Below are positions 12,113 through 25,789 of a DNA stretch of 64,000 bases, piece by piece. Position 1 is the first letter of the stretch, and each line of letters starts with the position of its first letter. The stretch is from Mobula hypostoma (lineage: Eukaryota). The translations under genes were made by a program, and so were the position numbers. The stretch is taken from positions 244,902,001-244,966,000 of the forward strand of contig NC_086097.1 of the NCBI RefSeq assembly GCF_963921235.1, given 5' to 3'. The notes under the pieces were generated by a model, which saw nothing but the letters and a program-made list of their open reading frames with translations, had not been told where the DNA came from and did no database searches.

Positions 12113-14489
12113 TCGGCCGAGCCGTGTCCCATATGATTTTTGTTTCCACACATAATTTAGTAAAAACATAATTGTAAAACTTCTTGTTATTCTGTGATTG
12201 GTCAAGCCATAATGTCCTCTTACAAGTTTAATTGTGTTTATATATTGTCTGATTTTCTGATCCATTCTAGTGCCATGTGTATTACTAAGTAAATCATTTA
12301 CATCTGGCACCCAAAAGTAGAACTGAGTTAAAGATAACATCTGTTATTAGAGTCTGTAGTGTCCAGTTCTGGTAGAAGTGTGTGCATCCCACAATAGTTT
12401 AACAAAGATATTACACGATGTTTGAGGTGCTGATACCAACTGCTATTTTTTTCAACACCAAACTCCATCTCAGAACTTTTTAAGATATTCTGTAGTGTTC
12501 TCACAAGTATCAAGTGGAATGGGTAGGTTGAACAAAAACATACAAGAAGATAAAGTGCCTTTGACTGAATGACACATCTACCACACTGACTAGGTCAGTT
12601 TCAAGAAGTCAGTTACATTGTGAGACTACCATATATTGGATTTCTGGTCAGTGAAAAAATGAAAATGGCTAATGCAGCCTTCTCATGACCCGAGACTGTG
12701 TGGATCTGGACTGCAACTGTATTCAGACTTTTTTTTTTTGCTATACATCAAACCATTGTCATTACATTAAAGATGAAGGTATTGATCTCCATAGCAGGTC
12801 ATTTCTCAGCAGCTTTTGGAAAGGAACAGTATCCTGTATCTATACTTGATAGTAGTGCTCCAAAATAATTCATCTTGATCTTAAAATCTTCAGCTAAACT
12901 TGTTGCCTTAGTCATTTAAATGGAAAAATAGTTGTCTCCTCTGAAGACCTTACTTTTTTGGCTTTCCCACTAAAATTCACAATGTCAGTAATACCTCCAA
13001 CTTGAGTGTGCATCAGAGCTGTTGCTTGATTAAACAAGACCTTATCAAAAAAACAACAGACATAGTACTAGAACATTCCTTATAGAGACAGCTATTGTTT
13101 ACAAAGTTCATTGAATTGGGTTATTGAAAGCTTAGGTAAAATGTCAGTATATTGGCTGATGTCAGTTGCCATCCTGGATTGTAGTTTACTCAGTTCTATA
13201 TCAGTCGACTTTAAAAATATATTCATTAGTAAATAGAGTCATAGTCATACTTTATTAATCCGGGGAGAAATTGGTTAAATTATTTGATAAATCTGACAAA
13301 ACTAAAGGCATTTTCTGACTTATTTTTATTTGTGAATGTATTCTTGCAATAGTCCTTAAGGATTCTATTGAAAAAGCATGAAGGGCAAAAACAGAAATAA
13401 GTTTGCACTTAATTCTTTCATAATCTTAGGACCTCCCAATGGATTTTTGGAATATAGCATTGGTAAACTGCTTTATAGCTCAAAATCCAGCTCAGTCTTT
13501 TGTTCTAATGTAAGATATTTATGGCATTTATAGATACCAGCTTATCTGCATTGAAATTTTTTATGATTGTCTTACAGTTTTTATTATCACCTCTTATCAT
13601 TTTTATATCTGTTGGGCTGTAGTTTTTTTTAACTCATTTTCCGATTGAAATTTCTGGGCAGGGATTTATTTATGTCATTTATTTATACTTGAACATACTT
13701 GAAACTCTTCTGATGATGCGAGTATACCTTCTTTGATTTTGTATAGTAACTGTGTAGACCTGAACAATTTATGTTGATGCTTAATCTGCTACGAGAAATT
13801 CATTCACAACATGAAATTTTTACATCTTCATATTCACACTATTTGGAAGCTGCATTAGATGAACATTTATTGGTTATCATTTTTGGAGTGCTTTTCCAAT
13901 AAAGGGTGAAGAAATAGACAAACCCCATTAAAATTATTGCATTATCAAGGCAAGAGCCATTTTACCCAATTAAATTCCATTTCTTGTGAACTTTATTGAA
14001 GTTAGGAGTATTTAGGTGCCACAAGATTTTCTCATGTAATGTTGAATTAGTAGAAATGAAGGCAAATTGCTTGTTCGGTAAGATTGTCTTCATTGTTCGA
14101 ATCAATGCATATCCTGTAAGTTGTATTACTCTGTGAAGCCTGTCTACTTGTGATGGACAATTAGCAGTTATATTCATGATAATGGTTAAATTTTTTTTTG
14201 TACACAGCTTCCTTCAGACATGTTGTATTCTATTGGAAAAGATGATACAGCATATAAGCATGCTGGTTATCAAAAACTGTTTTACCATAAGGTTATCATC
14301 TCTTCATTTCACCAAATATGTGGGAAATGCTAATGGGAATGGAATTGCAAACCAATTTTACTGTTTGGTGTCTCCTTGTCTGCCATTGTGTCCATCCCCC
14401 CAAATCATTATAGTTTGTGCCTTTTACTGATGAAGGTTTACAGCAAAATTGGGAACTGATTCTTGATAAAATAGAAATAGATGGCTAAA

Positions 14490-15290
14490 GTTCAAAGTAC
14501 GTTTATTACCGAAGTATGTCTGCAATGTGCAATCTTAAGATTCATCTTCCCGCAAACAGCCACAAAACAAAGAAACACCATGGAATCAGTCCAAAGAAAA
14601 CATGGAATCCCCAACATACAAAAAAAGGAACAAATTGCACAAACGGCAAAAAGTGAGTGAATGACCCACAGATTATTAGACATCAGATTGCAGAGTCCTT
14701 GAAGCAGTTTAGGAATGTTCAATTTAGTTCAGTTCAGATCTGTTTAGCGCCGCAGGCCTCAGAGTCAGTTTGCTCCAATTTAAAAACAGCAATAAGAAAG
14801 GAGTAACCAGAAACACAGTAACGTGCACTGCAGAGCCTTCTAAAACCGAGTCCAATTCACAAACCGCGTCAGTAAAACTGCCCAAGACCCAAGACTCCTG
14901 CACCTTCCTCCAGCAGCAGCGTAGGAGAAGGAGACAGGTCAAATTAAGACAGATGGCCCTGAGCACCTGCTCACCTTCCACTCTCGTCCTTGTTGATTTC
15001 AATCTTGCCTGATGCTTTAATCAGTGAAATCGGCGAGAAATGGAGTCAATCATAGCCTCATGTCCCGTCTCCATGCTGCTCACTCTGTTCCAAACCCCAC
15101 CAAACTCCCTCCGAGACAGCAAAGTGCCAGATCACTCAATTGGCCCAAAAACACATCATCAAAAGTAAATCATGCAGCTTAATAGTAGAATCATATTTGA
15201 AAGAAGAAGTAAAAGAAGTAGTTTTGTGATCTGTCTGCAGGATGTCACCATTGGTCATGCTGTTTGCTGACACCACCTTGTTTCAGTGTA
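14490..15290 (-). mobile_element. Degraded interspersed repeat with Rex1/L2-like 3' tail
   Basis: Starts GTTCAAAGTACGTTTATT, as do the copies at about 35838 and 52704. Shares ACAAATTGCACAAAC and AGAGTCCTTGAAG with the 36180-36300 repeat. Confidence 0.45.
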
Positions 15291-15396
15291 GGGAAATTTT
15301 CTAGGGAATGGAGAAGCCTTGCTGAGCATGAATTGAGATTGAACTAGCAGTCTCCCAGATCTAAGACAGAGGTCAAATAATGGCTCTTAAACTTCA

Positions 15397-15525
15397 TCCT
15401 GACCAAGGGTCTCGACCTGAAACGTCGACTGCACCTCTTCCTAGAGATGCTGCCTGGCCTGCTGCCTTCACCAGCAACTTTGATGTGTGTTGCTTGAATT
15501 TCCAGCATCTGCAGAATTCCTGTTG
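15397..15525 (+). mobile_element. Penelope-like pLTR fragment with a mutated hammerhead (CTGACCA core)
   Basis: Near-identical to 16892-16988 and 37632-37733. Core reads CTGACCA instead of CTGACGA. Confidence 0.85.
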
Positions 15526-15991
15526 CTTCTGGACTTATTATTTTGGTTCATGTAAGTAGTCAAATGGAAGGTGCTGAAATTGTAGAGCCGTTGCTTGTTG
15601 TTGAGCTGTCAGTGGACGTACAATAAATGTTCAGTATCAGCCTTGCCTCCAGAAACACACATGGGTAGCTGACATTTAAATGATAGTGAACACTCAAATA
15701 ATTTTTAAGGGAATTGAAACACAAAGGTCAGGAATTTTTTGTTCAGAATAAAACATTCATTAGAATTGGGAAATTATGCGAATTACAGGAATTCTGCAAT
15801 TTTTATTTAAGGTTAAGGATATGCCTAGTGATGTATGGTGATTTGCAGCCCACATCTGGCAACATTTTCAGAATTTCTGTGCCTTTTGAAAGCCCTAAGA
15901 AGCCAGTGAGGTACTGGTGCAGAAACCAGGTTTCCAACATATCCATGAAGCCCATTTCTGTGCAATTTAAAATAGACCTCCCCCAACACAT

Positions 15992-16988
15992 AGCAACAAC
16001 CCCACCAGCCTCCGGGTCCAACATATTATTCTCCGTAACTTCCGCCACCTCCAACGGGATCCCACCACTAAGCACATCTTTCCCTCCCCACCTCTCTCTG
16101 CATTCCGCAGGGATCGCTCCCTACACAACTCCCTTGTCCATTCGTCCCCCCCATCCCTCCCCACTGATCTCCCTCCTGGCACTTATCCGTGTAAGCGGAA
16201 CAAGTGCTACACATGCCCTTACACTTCCTCCCTTACCGCCATTCAGGGCCCCAAACAGTCCTTCCAGGTGAGGCATCACTTCACCTGTGAGTCGACTGGG
16301 GTGATATACTGCGTCCGGTGCTCCCGATGTGGCCTTTTATATATTGGTGAGACCCGACGCAGACTGGGAGACCGCTTTGCTGAACATCTACGCTCTGTCC
16401 GCCAGAGAAAGCAGGATCTCCCAGTGGCCACACATTTTAATTCCACATCCCATTCCCATTCTGACATGTCTATCCACGGCCTCCTCTACTGTAAAGATGA
16501 AGCCACACTCAGGTTGGAGGAACAACACCTTATATTCCGTCTGGGTAGCCTCCAACCTGATGGCATGAACATTGACTTCTCTAACTTCCGCTAGGCCCCA
16601 CCTCCCCCTCGTACCCCAGCTGTTACTCATTTTTATGCACACATTCTTTCTCTCACTCTCCTTTTTCTCCCTCTGTCCTTCTGAATATACCTCTTGCCCA
16701 TCCTCTGGGTCACACCCCCCCCCCGTCTTTCTCCCTAGGCCTCCTGTCCCATGATCCTCTCGTATCCCCTTTTGCCTATCACCTGTCCAGCTCTCGGCTC
16801 TATCCCTCCCCCTCCTGTCTTCTCCTATCATTTTGCATCTCCCCCTCCCCCTCCAGCTTTCAAATCCCTTACTCACTCTTCCTTCAGTTAGTCCTGACGA
16901 AGGGTCTCGGCCTGAAACGTCGACTGCGCCTCTTCCTATAGATGCTGGTTGGCCTGCTGCGTTCACCAGCAACTTTGATGTATGTTGC
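15992..16988 (+). mobile_element. Penelope-like retroelement, 5'-truncated (GIY-YIG endonuclease C-terminus plus pLTR)
   Basis: ORF 16268-16594 FTCESTGVIYCVRCSRCGLLYIGETRRRLGDRFAEH with HF and GMN motifs is the PLE GIY-YIG domain. An upstream CxxxxCxxC motif, a pyrimidine-rich 3' region and a hammerhead are present. Confidence 0.95.
16890..16925 (+). ncRNA. Minimal type I hammerhead ribozyme (PLE pLTR), intact core
   Basis: AGTC-CTGACGA-AGG(GTCTCGG)CCT-GAAAC-GTC-GACT: stem I AGUC/GACU, CUGANGA, stem II, GAAA, palindromic ACGU in place of stem III, GUC cleavage triplet at 16919-16921. Confidence 0.85.
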
Positions 16989-17659
16989 AACAAGCTTAGC
17001 TCCTTTTCAGGCACCCTAAGGTGGTGCCCCCTAATCACATGATCTTTCCACTGATCAGTCTCTTTCTATCTGTGTAATAGCCCTCTTCGCCTGGATCCAC
17101 TTATTGTTTGCAAGTTTTTCTCCATCCCTTCCCTCTACCTCTTCGCACTGGCTATCTCCCTTCTATCTTTCAGTTCACTTAAAGGCCCTTGACCAGAAAT
17201 ATCGACTGTCCATCTGAGTTCCTTCAGCATCTTGTATGTTGTACCAGACTCCAGCATCTCCACTGTTTTGTGCCTTTTCCAACCATACCTACCACTTTAA
17301 ACCCATAGGTCTAGCCAACGGTGACAAGTGCTGGCAGCTGAACCTTACCCCAATACGTCTGATGAGTCTCAAAAAGCCATATGAAGAAATGCTCTTTCCT
17401 CCATGTATGGTCAGTTTAGTAGTACTGATGCACTTTTAACTTTCTTCATATCAGACCCACAAGCAAAGCATTCATTGGCCTGCTCAGCTGCATTCTTTAA
17501 GTGCACCCTTGTAAATTCCAATAAACCTTTGGCTTAAAGAAATCATGAAAATCCTACATGTTTTATTCTGGACACTTTATACAGTGATATGGAGTCATGT
17601 GGCATGGAAACAGGCCATTTGGCCCATCATATTTATGCAACTCATCTGTATTCCATTCA

Positions 17660-18412
17660 ATTGAGTGGTATTGCAGCAACAACCTTTCACTCAACATCAG
17701 CAAGACCAAAGAGCTGATTGTGGACTTCAGGAAGGGTAAGATGAGGGAACACAAACCAATCATCAGAAAGGGAGAGAGTGAGCAATTTCAAGTTCCTGGA
17801 TACCAATATCTCTGAGGATCTATAAAAAAAGGCAAGGCAGTAGCTATATTTCATTTGGTGTTAGAGGAGAGTGGTTTGTCAACTAAAACACTCAAAAACT
17901 TCTACAAATGTTCTGTGGAGAGTATTCTGACAGGCTGCATCACTGTCTGGCATTGAGGAGGAGGGGTGCCACTGCACAAGATCAAAATAAGTTGCAGAAA
18001 CTTGTAAAATTAGTCGGCTCTATCATGGGTACGAGCCTCTGTAGTATCCAAGACTTCTTCAAGGAGCAGTGCCTTAGGAAGGTGGCGTCCATCATTAAGG
18101 ATCCCCATCACCCAGGACACGCCATCTTCACACTGTTACTGTCGGGAAGGAGGTACAGAAGCCTGAAGGTACACACTCAGCAATTCAGGAATGGCTTCTT
18201 CCCCTCTGCCATGTGATTTCAAAATGGGCATTGAACCCATGAACTACTTTTTTATTTCTGTTATTTTGCACTACTTATTTTAACTTAGACATATATACTT
18301 AATGTAACTCAGTTTTTTCTTTACATTTATCTATCGTGTATTGCATTGTACTGCTGCCATAAAGTTAACACATTTCACGACATATGCCAGTGATATTAAA
18401 CCTGATTCTGAT
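17660..18412 (+). mobile_element. Rex1/Babar-like LINE 3' fragment
   Basis: NNLSLNISKTKELIVDFRK, ASIIKDPHHPGH and LSGRRYRSL motifs. Tail ATTAAACCTGATTCTGATT. Confidence 0.85.
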
Positions 18413-18534
18413 TAATCCCATCTTCCAACATTTAGCCCATAGCTGTGCAAAATTGGTTCAAGTGCTCATCTTGTTTTGCTGTTGGTGCTTTGTCACTTGG
18501 TATGTTCTCTGTTGTTCTGCTAGGCATTGTAAGT

Positions 18535-19245
18535 GCTGAGCACTTTGGAAGGAAGAATGGAAGATCAGATTGTTATTTAAATGGTAAAAGATTGCAGCAT
18601 GCTTCTGTGAAGAAGGACTTGGGAGTGCTTATGCATGCAAAAGGTTGATTTGCAAGTGCAGCAGGCTATCAAGAAGACAAATAGAATGTTGGTCTTTATT
18701 GCTAGAGGGATTGAATTTAAGAGCAGGGAGGTTATGCTGCAACTGTACAGGGTACTGGTGAAGCAACATCTGGAGTACTGCATGCAGTTCTGGTCTCCTT
18801 ACTCGAGGAAGAATGTACTGGCTTTGGAGGTGGTGCCAAGTTCACCAGGTTGATTCCAGAATGAGGGGGTTAAATTATGAGGAGAGATTGAGTCGCTTGG
18901 GACTATACTCACTGGAATTCAGAAGGATGAGAGGAGATCTGTAGAAACTAGAAAATAATGAAAGGGATTTAAGAGGCAGGAAAGTTGTTCGGGGGAGTAA
19001 GTTTAGGACGGAGATGAGGAGGAACTGCTTTTCCCAAAGTGTGGTGAATCTGTGGAATTCTCTGCTCAGTGAAGCAGTGGATGCTACCTCAGTAGATATA
19101 CAAACGTATCTAAGACAAGGTTGGATAGATTTTTGCATAGTAGGGGAATTGATGGTTATGGGGAAAAGTCAGGTAGGTGGAGATGAGTCAATGGTCAGAT
19201 CAGCCGTAACCTTATTGAATAGCTCCTATTTCTTATGTTCTTATG
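18535..19245 (+). mobile_element. CR1 LINE 3' fragment
   Basis: ORF 18635-18853 has IARGIEFKSREVMLQLYRVLV and HLEYCMQFWSP. Confidence 0.85.
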
Positions 19246-21426
19246 TTGGTGTCGGAATCTGTGGTGGCACGTGTGGGCTGCCCCCAGCATATTCTTGAGT
19301 GTGTAGGTTGTTATTACAGACAGCACATTTCACTGTATGTTTTGATGTACATGTGATAAATAAATCTGAAAAGTGAGTAATACTAAAGCCATAGATGTGT
19401 ACATTCTTTTATGGTTGTTTGTGGGTTCTGATTTACACTTAACATTGTTCTTTTGTTTGCTAGATTTACTTTACCTTATGCAGAGTCAGCATTTATGAAT
19501 TTAAATAGTATTTGTTCTATCTGAATTACCTTTAAGCCCATTTGAAGTATTTGGATCATCAGTGATAAAATGTCGCACTGTTTCTCTGTTTCTGCTTGGA
19601 ACTGTATCTTAGACCATAGGTACAATTCTGTTAGCTGTGGGCCTTTTCAGAGTTGCACATCAAATCCATGGCTCTGCATTATGAACTGGTTTTATACCAT
19701 TTATTAAGATGTGTCGTTATTGAATGATAATTACAATTTTACTGATGGAATGTGGTGTGGGTGCAGGGAGAATAAAATGAGATGGGTGAACATGGTGCTT
19801 AATGGACTGCATGGACTCAGTGGGATGTCTGTGCTATAAAACTCTGGCATAAGGTTCAATTTTACCTGTCTAAAACATAATGATTAATTGCAAAACTCTG
19901 CCATATGATGGAACAGAAGTGGGCATGTTTTTGTTTTTAGCTACAAATACCACAGTTAGTCACCCAGATAGTTGGCAGGTTTTTTTGATTTTTGTGCCAC
20001 AACATACAGCTGGACCTACCAAGAGGGGGATATTGCTCCTTACTGATCGAGCCCTCCCAGAACATAATTCAGATATGCAAGAACTGACATGTGTATCAGA
20101 TAGTTTATCTGTAACATTACTTAGTAGCAAGTGTGAGTTTTAACAACATACATACTGAGTTTAAAAAGTTCTCAAATGATTTGGCTAAGTCACTGAGTTG
20201 CTGAGATGGATGTGCGTTGGCTCCCTGGTCTATGCTTTGTGGGTTCATTCAAGATTATTTATTGTTATTCTTCAGTACACGAGTGTAATGGAGAATGAAA
20301 TGATTGTTACTCCAGTTCTGATGCAGCATAAAAAACATAATAAGTATAAAGAACGCAATAAAAACAATATAAAACCAATAAATATAAATATAAAAGTAAT
20401 CCTTAAAAACACAATGTACAAGTAACGGTTACATACATACAATAGACTGATTGTAAATAGAAATGCTAAGTGATGTATATGTATCCTATATATGATGTAT
20501 ATAGGTGGGGTGGGCTAACAGGTGGAGGTGTTGATCAACCTGATGGCTTGGGGGAAGTAACAGTTTCTGAGTCTAGTTGTCCTTGTGTGGATGCTGCGTA
20601 GCCTCATCCATGATGAGAATGGGAGAAACAGTCCACGAGTGGGATGGGTGGGAATCTTCATGTTATTGCTGCCCTTTTTTCATGCACCTTTCTGTATGGG
20701 AGGATGTAATTAACCCCAGCAATGTTGGAAAGATTAAAGTGAAGCGCACTAAAATGTCACACTTTGTGCTCCTGGTTACTTCTTGACCTCTGCTGGAAGT
20801 GCTTGTGTTTGAACAATGAAACAAGACCTCATTCTGTCAAATAGCCTACTTCAAGACAGGCATGAATTGCTATTACTCGAGAGAGGCTGTTGGCAGAAAC
20901 GCAACACACCAGCATAAAATTAGTATTTGAAGAAGAAACCAGAGAATGATTTTTAAAAATTGGAAGGGAAACAAACTTATGCAAGTGCAGTATGCTGACG
21001 CAGTGCATTCTAAACTTGGATTTGCCCCCATGTTACAGCAATGCACAGTCCATGCATGTGAAGCTGCCTTCTAGAAATGGTGTTATACTCGCATGGCTTC
21101 AATGCAAGAGTCTGATTAGCAGTCTTGGAATCTTGCCACCCTAATGGTATTGCTTACCCAGCCGTTTTGCATTGTGGTTATATAACTGTACAAATCAAAT
21201 TGACAATTTCAGATTTTGTCTGTCATAATATTTATGAATTATTTTCTTAATTTCAAATGAAGTGAGTGATAAAACTTACTGGACAGTTGTATAAAATACA
21301 GAAAAAAATCTACATTATATAATACACATGCAAATCTACTCAGATTTCTGCTTTGCTCTAGTTTTTGGCATATAATGAACTTATAACTGTTATTGAGGTA
21401 TGATTTGTAATATATTCATTTTTCAG

Positions 21427-21590
21427 GTTTTTAGTATGTTTTTGGAAACCCTGGTTGACTTCATTCATGTCCACAAGGAAGATCTTCAAGACTGGCTGTT
21501 TGTTCTGCTCACTCAGCTATTGAAGAAAATGGGTGCAGATTTGCTGGGTTCTGTTCAGGCGAAAGTACAGAAAGCACTTGATACCGCTAG
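21427..21590 (+). CDS. CLASP2: CLASP2 coding exon (TOG3 region): VFSMFLETLVDFIHVHKEDLQDWLFVLLTQLLKKMGADLLGSVQAKVQKALDTAR
   Basis: ttttcAG|GTT to GCTAG|GTCAGT, 164 nt, phase 0 to 2. Peptide recognised as nearly identical to vertebrate CLASP proteins. Confidence 0.97.
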
Positions 21591-22561
21591 GTCAGTATTA
21601 TGTGACAAGTGATAATCTTACATTCTGTGTGTTTGTAAATAATATTGATTTTTTTTATATATAGAAGAGCAATTTATCATTTGTCTAGAATTTCTTTTTA
21701 CTCTCTTGTTAGTGATATTAACACTAAGAAATGAAAGAAGGTAGGCATTCATCGAGTTGAACGAAGACAAAGGCAGGTGAGTTCTTCATTAGTCAGGGCA
21801 TCAAAGGTTATGGAGTGAAGACAGAAAAATGGGGTTGAGCGGGATGATAAATCAGTCATAATAGAATGGCAGAACGGGTTCGATGAGCAAAATGGCCTAA
21901 TCCATGCCTCTCTCTCATGAAAACAGCCCAGGTTTGTCCAGCCTCTCCCTTTAGCTCTCCATGTAATCCAGGCAGCATTCTGGTAATCCACTCCTGTATC
22001 CTTTCCAAAGCCTCCTCACCCCTCCTGTAATGAGGTGACCAGTACTGCACACACAATACTCCAGTTTTATATAGCTGCAAGTTTGGTTGAGCTTTTACAG
22101 CCAGTGCTGCTCAGACTCAGGAGAGCCAGAACAAAACAACATGTGAGTTTTAAAAAAGATACTTGCCCACACCACTATCTATAGACTATTTCACCATTTG
22201 AGAGCAAGCACCTGAGAAACCTTGTCTTGTGTTTCTTGCTGAGGGACCAAATGTGGTGGTGTGGAATGCTGTCATTTCATTTCTGGTGCTTTAGTTTGGA
22301 ACCAGCTTTGATTTTTAACATTGTTTTGGCTGAGGTTTTTAAGTTTCATTAGCCAACATGCAATTTCCCACATAGTACAAATTGAAAGTTGACAATTAAG
22401 AAATTCTGGCTTTCGCAAAGCTCTGAAATCAGTTTGAGTGGTTTATATTTCATGGATGCCTCTGGCAAGAAATTGGAAGTATTGGTCATTTAATTTGGAA
22501 AACTTAACAAGTCTGGCCTGGGAGTTCACTGTTGTACTTTTGCACGGAGTTTAATCGCAGT

Positions 22562-23112
22562 GAGGCTTTTTATTGGTCGTGGTCGACCATGGATGTTGTG
22601 TCCTAGCTGTCTATGTGATACGCAAGCCAGGGCAGTATGACATGAGAGAAGCTGTTGTCCATGTTGCAGGTTCCCCTTCTCCACGCAGCTGATGAATCCA
22701 AAGGAACAGCAGAGACTGATACAGTTTGGCACCAGCGGTATCACATTAGTTGCCAAGCAGCATTGAACTCAACGTTGGACTGCCTTAGGGGATTCAACTC
22801 CAGATTTTTCCTTATGGTTTACTCTCAAAGCCTTCCCCATGAGTCGGTATAGCTGCAAGGCAGGGGGAATGAGATCACAGTTTTCCTTCTAGATGAACTG
22901 CCAACCACAGCTATCAAACCCCATCTGCCCAAAACAGCAGGTTTTAAGGTGCCTGTAACCCACCTTTCCCTACTCTATCAGTAGAAGTGGTACCACCAGG
23001 CTTAGTAGCTAATCCACTTGTGAGGCCGGGAGTTGGACCTGGTTGTTAGAGGCTATTTGAGGCACACAGCATTGGCATTGGGAACTTATCCCCACGACCA
23101 GCGCCTGCTCTA
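22562..23112 (-). mobile_element. Short non-coding (bipartite) RTE-derived retroelement, copy 1
   Basis: About 430 nt homologous to 48600-49062 (GATACAGTTTGGCACCAG, CTCCAGATTT, AAGCCTTCCCCATGAGT, CTTATCCCCAC). No ORF. RTE (AviRTE-like) assignment is from memory. Confidence 0.6.
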
Positions 23113-23589
23113 ACAGCTTTCAGAAACCAAATCATCGTACAAAAGAGGAAATATCCCAGCTGTGTGAGTTGCCAGAGTATTACCTTTTATCAGCAGTGAT
23201 CAATCGTTTTAATTTCAAAAGTAAACTTCAAATATATACAAAAGAATAAACACAGTGCAAAACATTTTACATTCTAGGTGTCAGGTGGCCATTAGAGACG
23301 TAGAGTCCTAAGAACATCACAGCACAGAAACAGGCCTCGACCCTTCCAGTCCGTGCCAAAATATTAATCTGCCTGGACCCAGACCATAGCCCTCCATACC
23401 CCTTCCATCCATGTACCTATCCAAACTTCTCTTGAAGATAGAAATCAAAATTGCAAACAACACTTTTGCTGGTAGCTCATTCCACACATTCAGCACCTGC
23501 TGAATGATGAGGTTCCCCTTAAACATTTCACCTTTCACTCTTCACCCATGACTTCTAGTTCTTGTCTTGTAAAACCTACACTGTTTTGT

Positions 23590-24370
23590 CCAGGAAATAC
23601 AATGTTGGAAAATGCATGGTCATGCACTTTGGTAGTAGAAATAAATATGCAGACTATTTTCTAAATGGGGAGAAGATCCAGGAATCTGAGATGCAGACGG
23701 ACTTGGGAGTCCTTGTGCAGAACACCTGGAAGGTTAACTTGCAGGTTGAGTCGGTAGTGAGGAAGGCAAATGCCATGTTAGCATTCATTTCAAAACATCT
23801 TGAATACAAGAGTAAAGATGTGATGCCGAGGCCTTAAGCCCAGTTTATACTTCTGCGTCAAATGTACGCTGTAGGTACCGTGTGACCTATGCCATACCGT
23901 ATTCCGTAGGGTGACGTGCACCTCCCCAAAAATGTAACTCACACGTCGCGGCGACACAGACCCCAACAACTGTAAATTGGTCCGCTTGGTAACATCGCAT
24001 TTCCTCCTACGCATTTCTGGTTGCTTTTCTCCGTCATATCTGTACACTGATACGAAATAAATGGTTGGAGACGATGAAACAGATTGTCAAATCTACCTGC
24101 CGACATCCGAAAATATTTGAAATGCATTTCCTCTTCCATGTCTCTCACGAAGAAACTCAACACGGTGGCATAGAAACCCCACTGCCAACTAGCATTTTGG
24201 CGGTGAATTGCAGAGCGACGCAGACACAACTACGCATGTTCGCTAGGGCGTAGGGCTACACAAAAGTATAAATCAGGCCTACGGCGTAGCCTGTACGCAC
24301 AAGTATAAATCAACTTTTATAAGGCACTGGTGAGGCCTCACCTTGAATACTGTGAACAGTTTTGGGCCCT
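23590..24370 (+). mobile_element. CR1 fragment split by a Harbinger insertion
   Basis: KYNVGKCMVMHFGSRN and EYKSKDVM, then the CR1 sequence resumes after the insert with TATAAGGCACTGGTGAGGCCTCACC. Confidence 0.85.
23837..24316 (-). mobile_element. PIF/Harbinger internally deleted DNA transposon
   Basis: TTA duplication (23834-23836 and 24317-24319). Imperfect TIRs AGCCCAGTTTATACTT and AAGTATAAATCAACTT. Minus ORF contains [29 protein letters not shown], like the Harbinger transposase N-terminus. CpG-rich. Confidence 0.8.
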
Positions 24371-24399
24371 TCATCTATTTCCGTAGTGCCTAGGGGTGA

Positions 24400-25470
24400 C
24401 TCGAGTAGCAGCAGTACTCTCAGTGGATGTGATTGAATATTTTCGTTTCAGCCTGATACAGCTAAAAAGTACAACTGCTTCCAAGATCAGTACAGTCAAC
24501 AAAGATGTCTTAATGTGTTTAAACGAACTATCGCTGCTTAAAACTGACGGAAGCAATACTGATTGTGGACAGAAGCATGGAGGCAGCGAGACTGTAGATC
24601 AGGGATACAAGTGCGTTTAAGGAAATAAGGTTTCAAACTCCCAATACCGACTATCTTGCTGGCAAACGTGCAGTCTCTGGTGAATAAAATCGATGATCTG
24701 AGAGCTAGGGTGCTGAATCAGAGGCACATTAGGACTGCGTGTGTCCTTTGTTTCATAGAGTCCTGGCTAACCCCTTCTGTACTGGATGCAGCGATTCAGA
24801 TCGATGGGTTTACTAAACACCGTCAGGATAGATCTATAGGGTCTCTCAAAAGCAGAGGTGGAGGAGTATGCCTCATGATCAACTCTTCTTGTGCACAAAT
24901 ATATCAGTGCTGTCCTAATTCTGCTCACCAGACCTGGAAGATCTAGCAGTTAAGTGCCGTTCTTTTTACCTACTGCGGGAGTTCTCTGGGGTCATTTTGA
25001 TAGCAGTATACAATCCACCTCAGGCCAATGTCAATCAGGCTGTAGATGATCAGAGCAATGGGATCAACGTGCATGAAACAGCACATCCTAACACCTTCAC
25101 CATTGTTTTGGGAGATTTTAACCAGGCCAGTCTGAAAAAATCACTAAGCAATTACCAACAACAGATTACTTGCAATACTAGAGGAAACAACACACCGGAC
25201 CATTGCTACGCCACCATCAAGGATGCCCACCGTGCTATTCCATGCCCTCACTTTGGGAAGTCTGATCACCTGGCTGTACTTCTACTCCCTGAGTATAGGC
25301 AGAGAGTGAAGACTGCAGCACCAGTAGTGAAGACCAAGAAGATATGGACAAGGGAAACACAGGAGCGTCTACAGGACTGCTTTGAATCGGTGGACTGGAC
25401 TGTATTCAGGGATTTATCTTCGAACCTAGATGAGTATGCTGAAGTTGTTACTGACTTCATTAAAACCATA
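24400..25470 (+). mobile_element. Rex1/Babar-like LINE 5' part (AP endonuclease)
   Basis: LANVQSLVNKIDDLRAR, LCFIESWL, RGGGVC, AVYNPP, VLGDFNQ, FGKSDH and LQDCFESVDW motifs. Confidence 0.85.
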
Positions 25471-25789
25471 ATTTATTTATTTATTTATTATTATTTTGGG
25501 TTTTTTTCCTTCTATATTATATATTTTATTGAACTACTGCTGCTAAGTTAACAAATTTCACAACACATGCCGGTGATAATAAACCTGATTTTGATCTTAG
25601 AAAAGATATGCTGGCATTGGAGAGGGTCCAGAGGAGATTCACAAGAATGATTCCAGGAATGAAAGGGTTATCATGCGAGGAACGCTTGATGGCTCCGAGT
25701 CTGTACTCGCTGGAATTCAGAAGGATAAGGGTGGATCTCATTGAAACCATGTTCCCTTACTATTCAATGCCATTCCACCCACTTTAGAC

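Noticed and set aside
16388..17038. 216-aa minus-strand ORF, and its 170-aa counterpart at 37320-37832, as a novel gene
   Set aside because: Antisense reading of the pyrimidine-rich PLE 3' region. It recurs only because the TE is duplicated.
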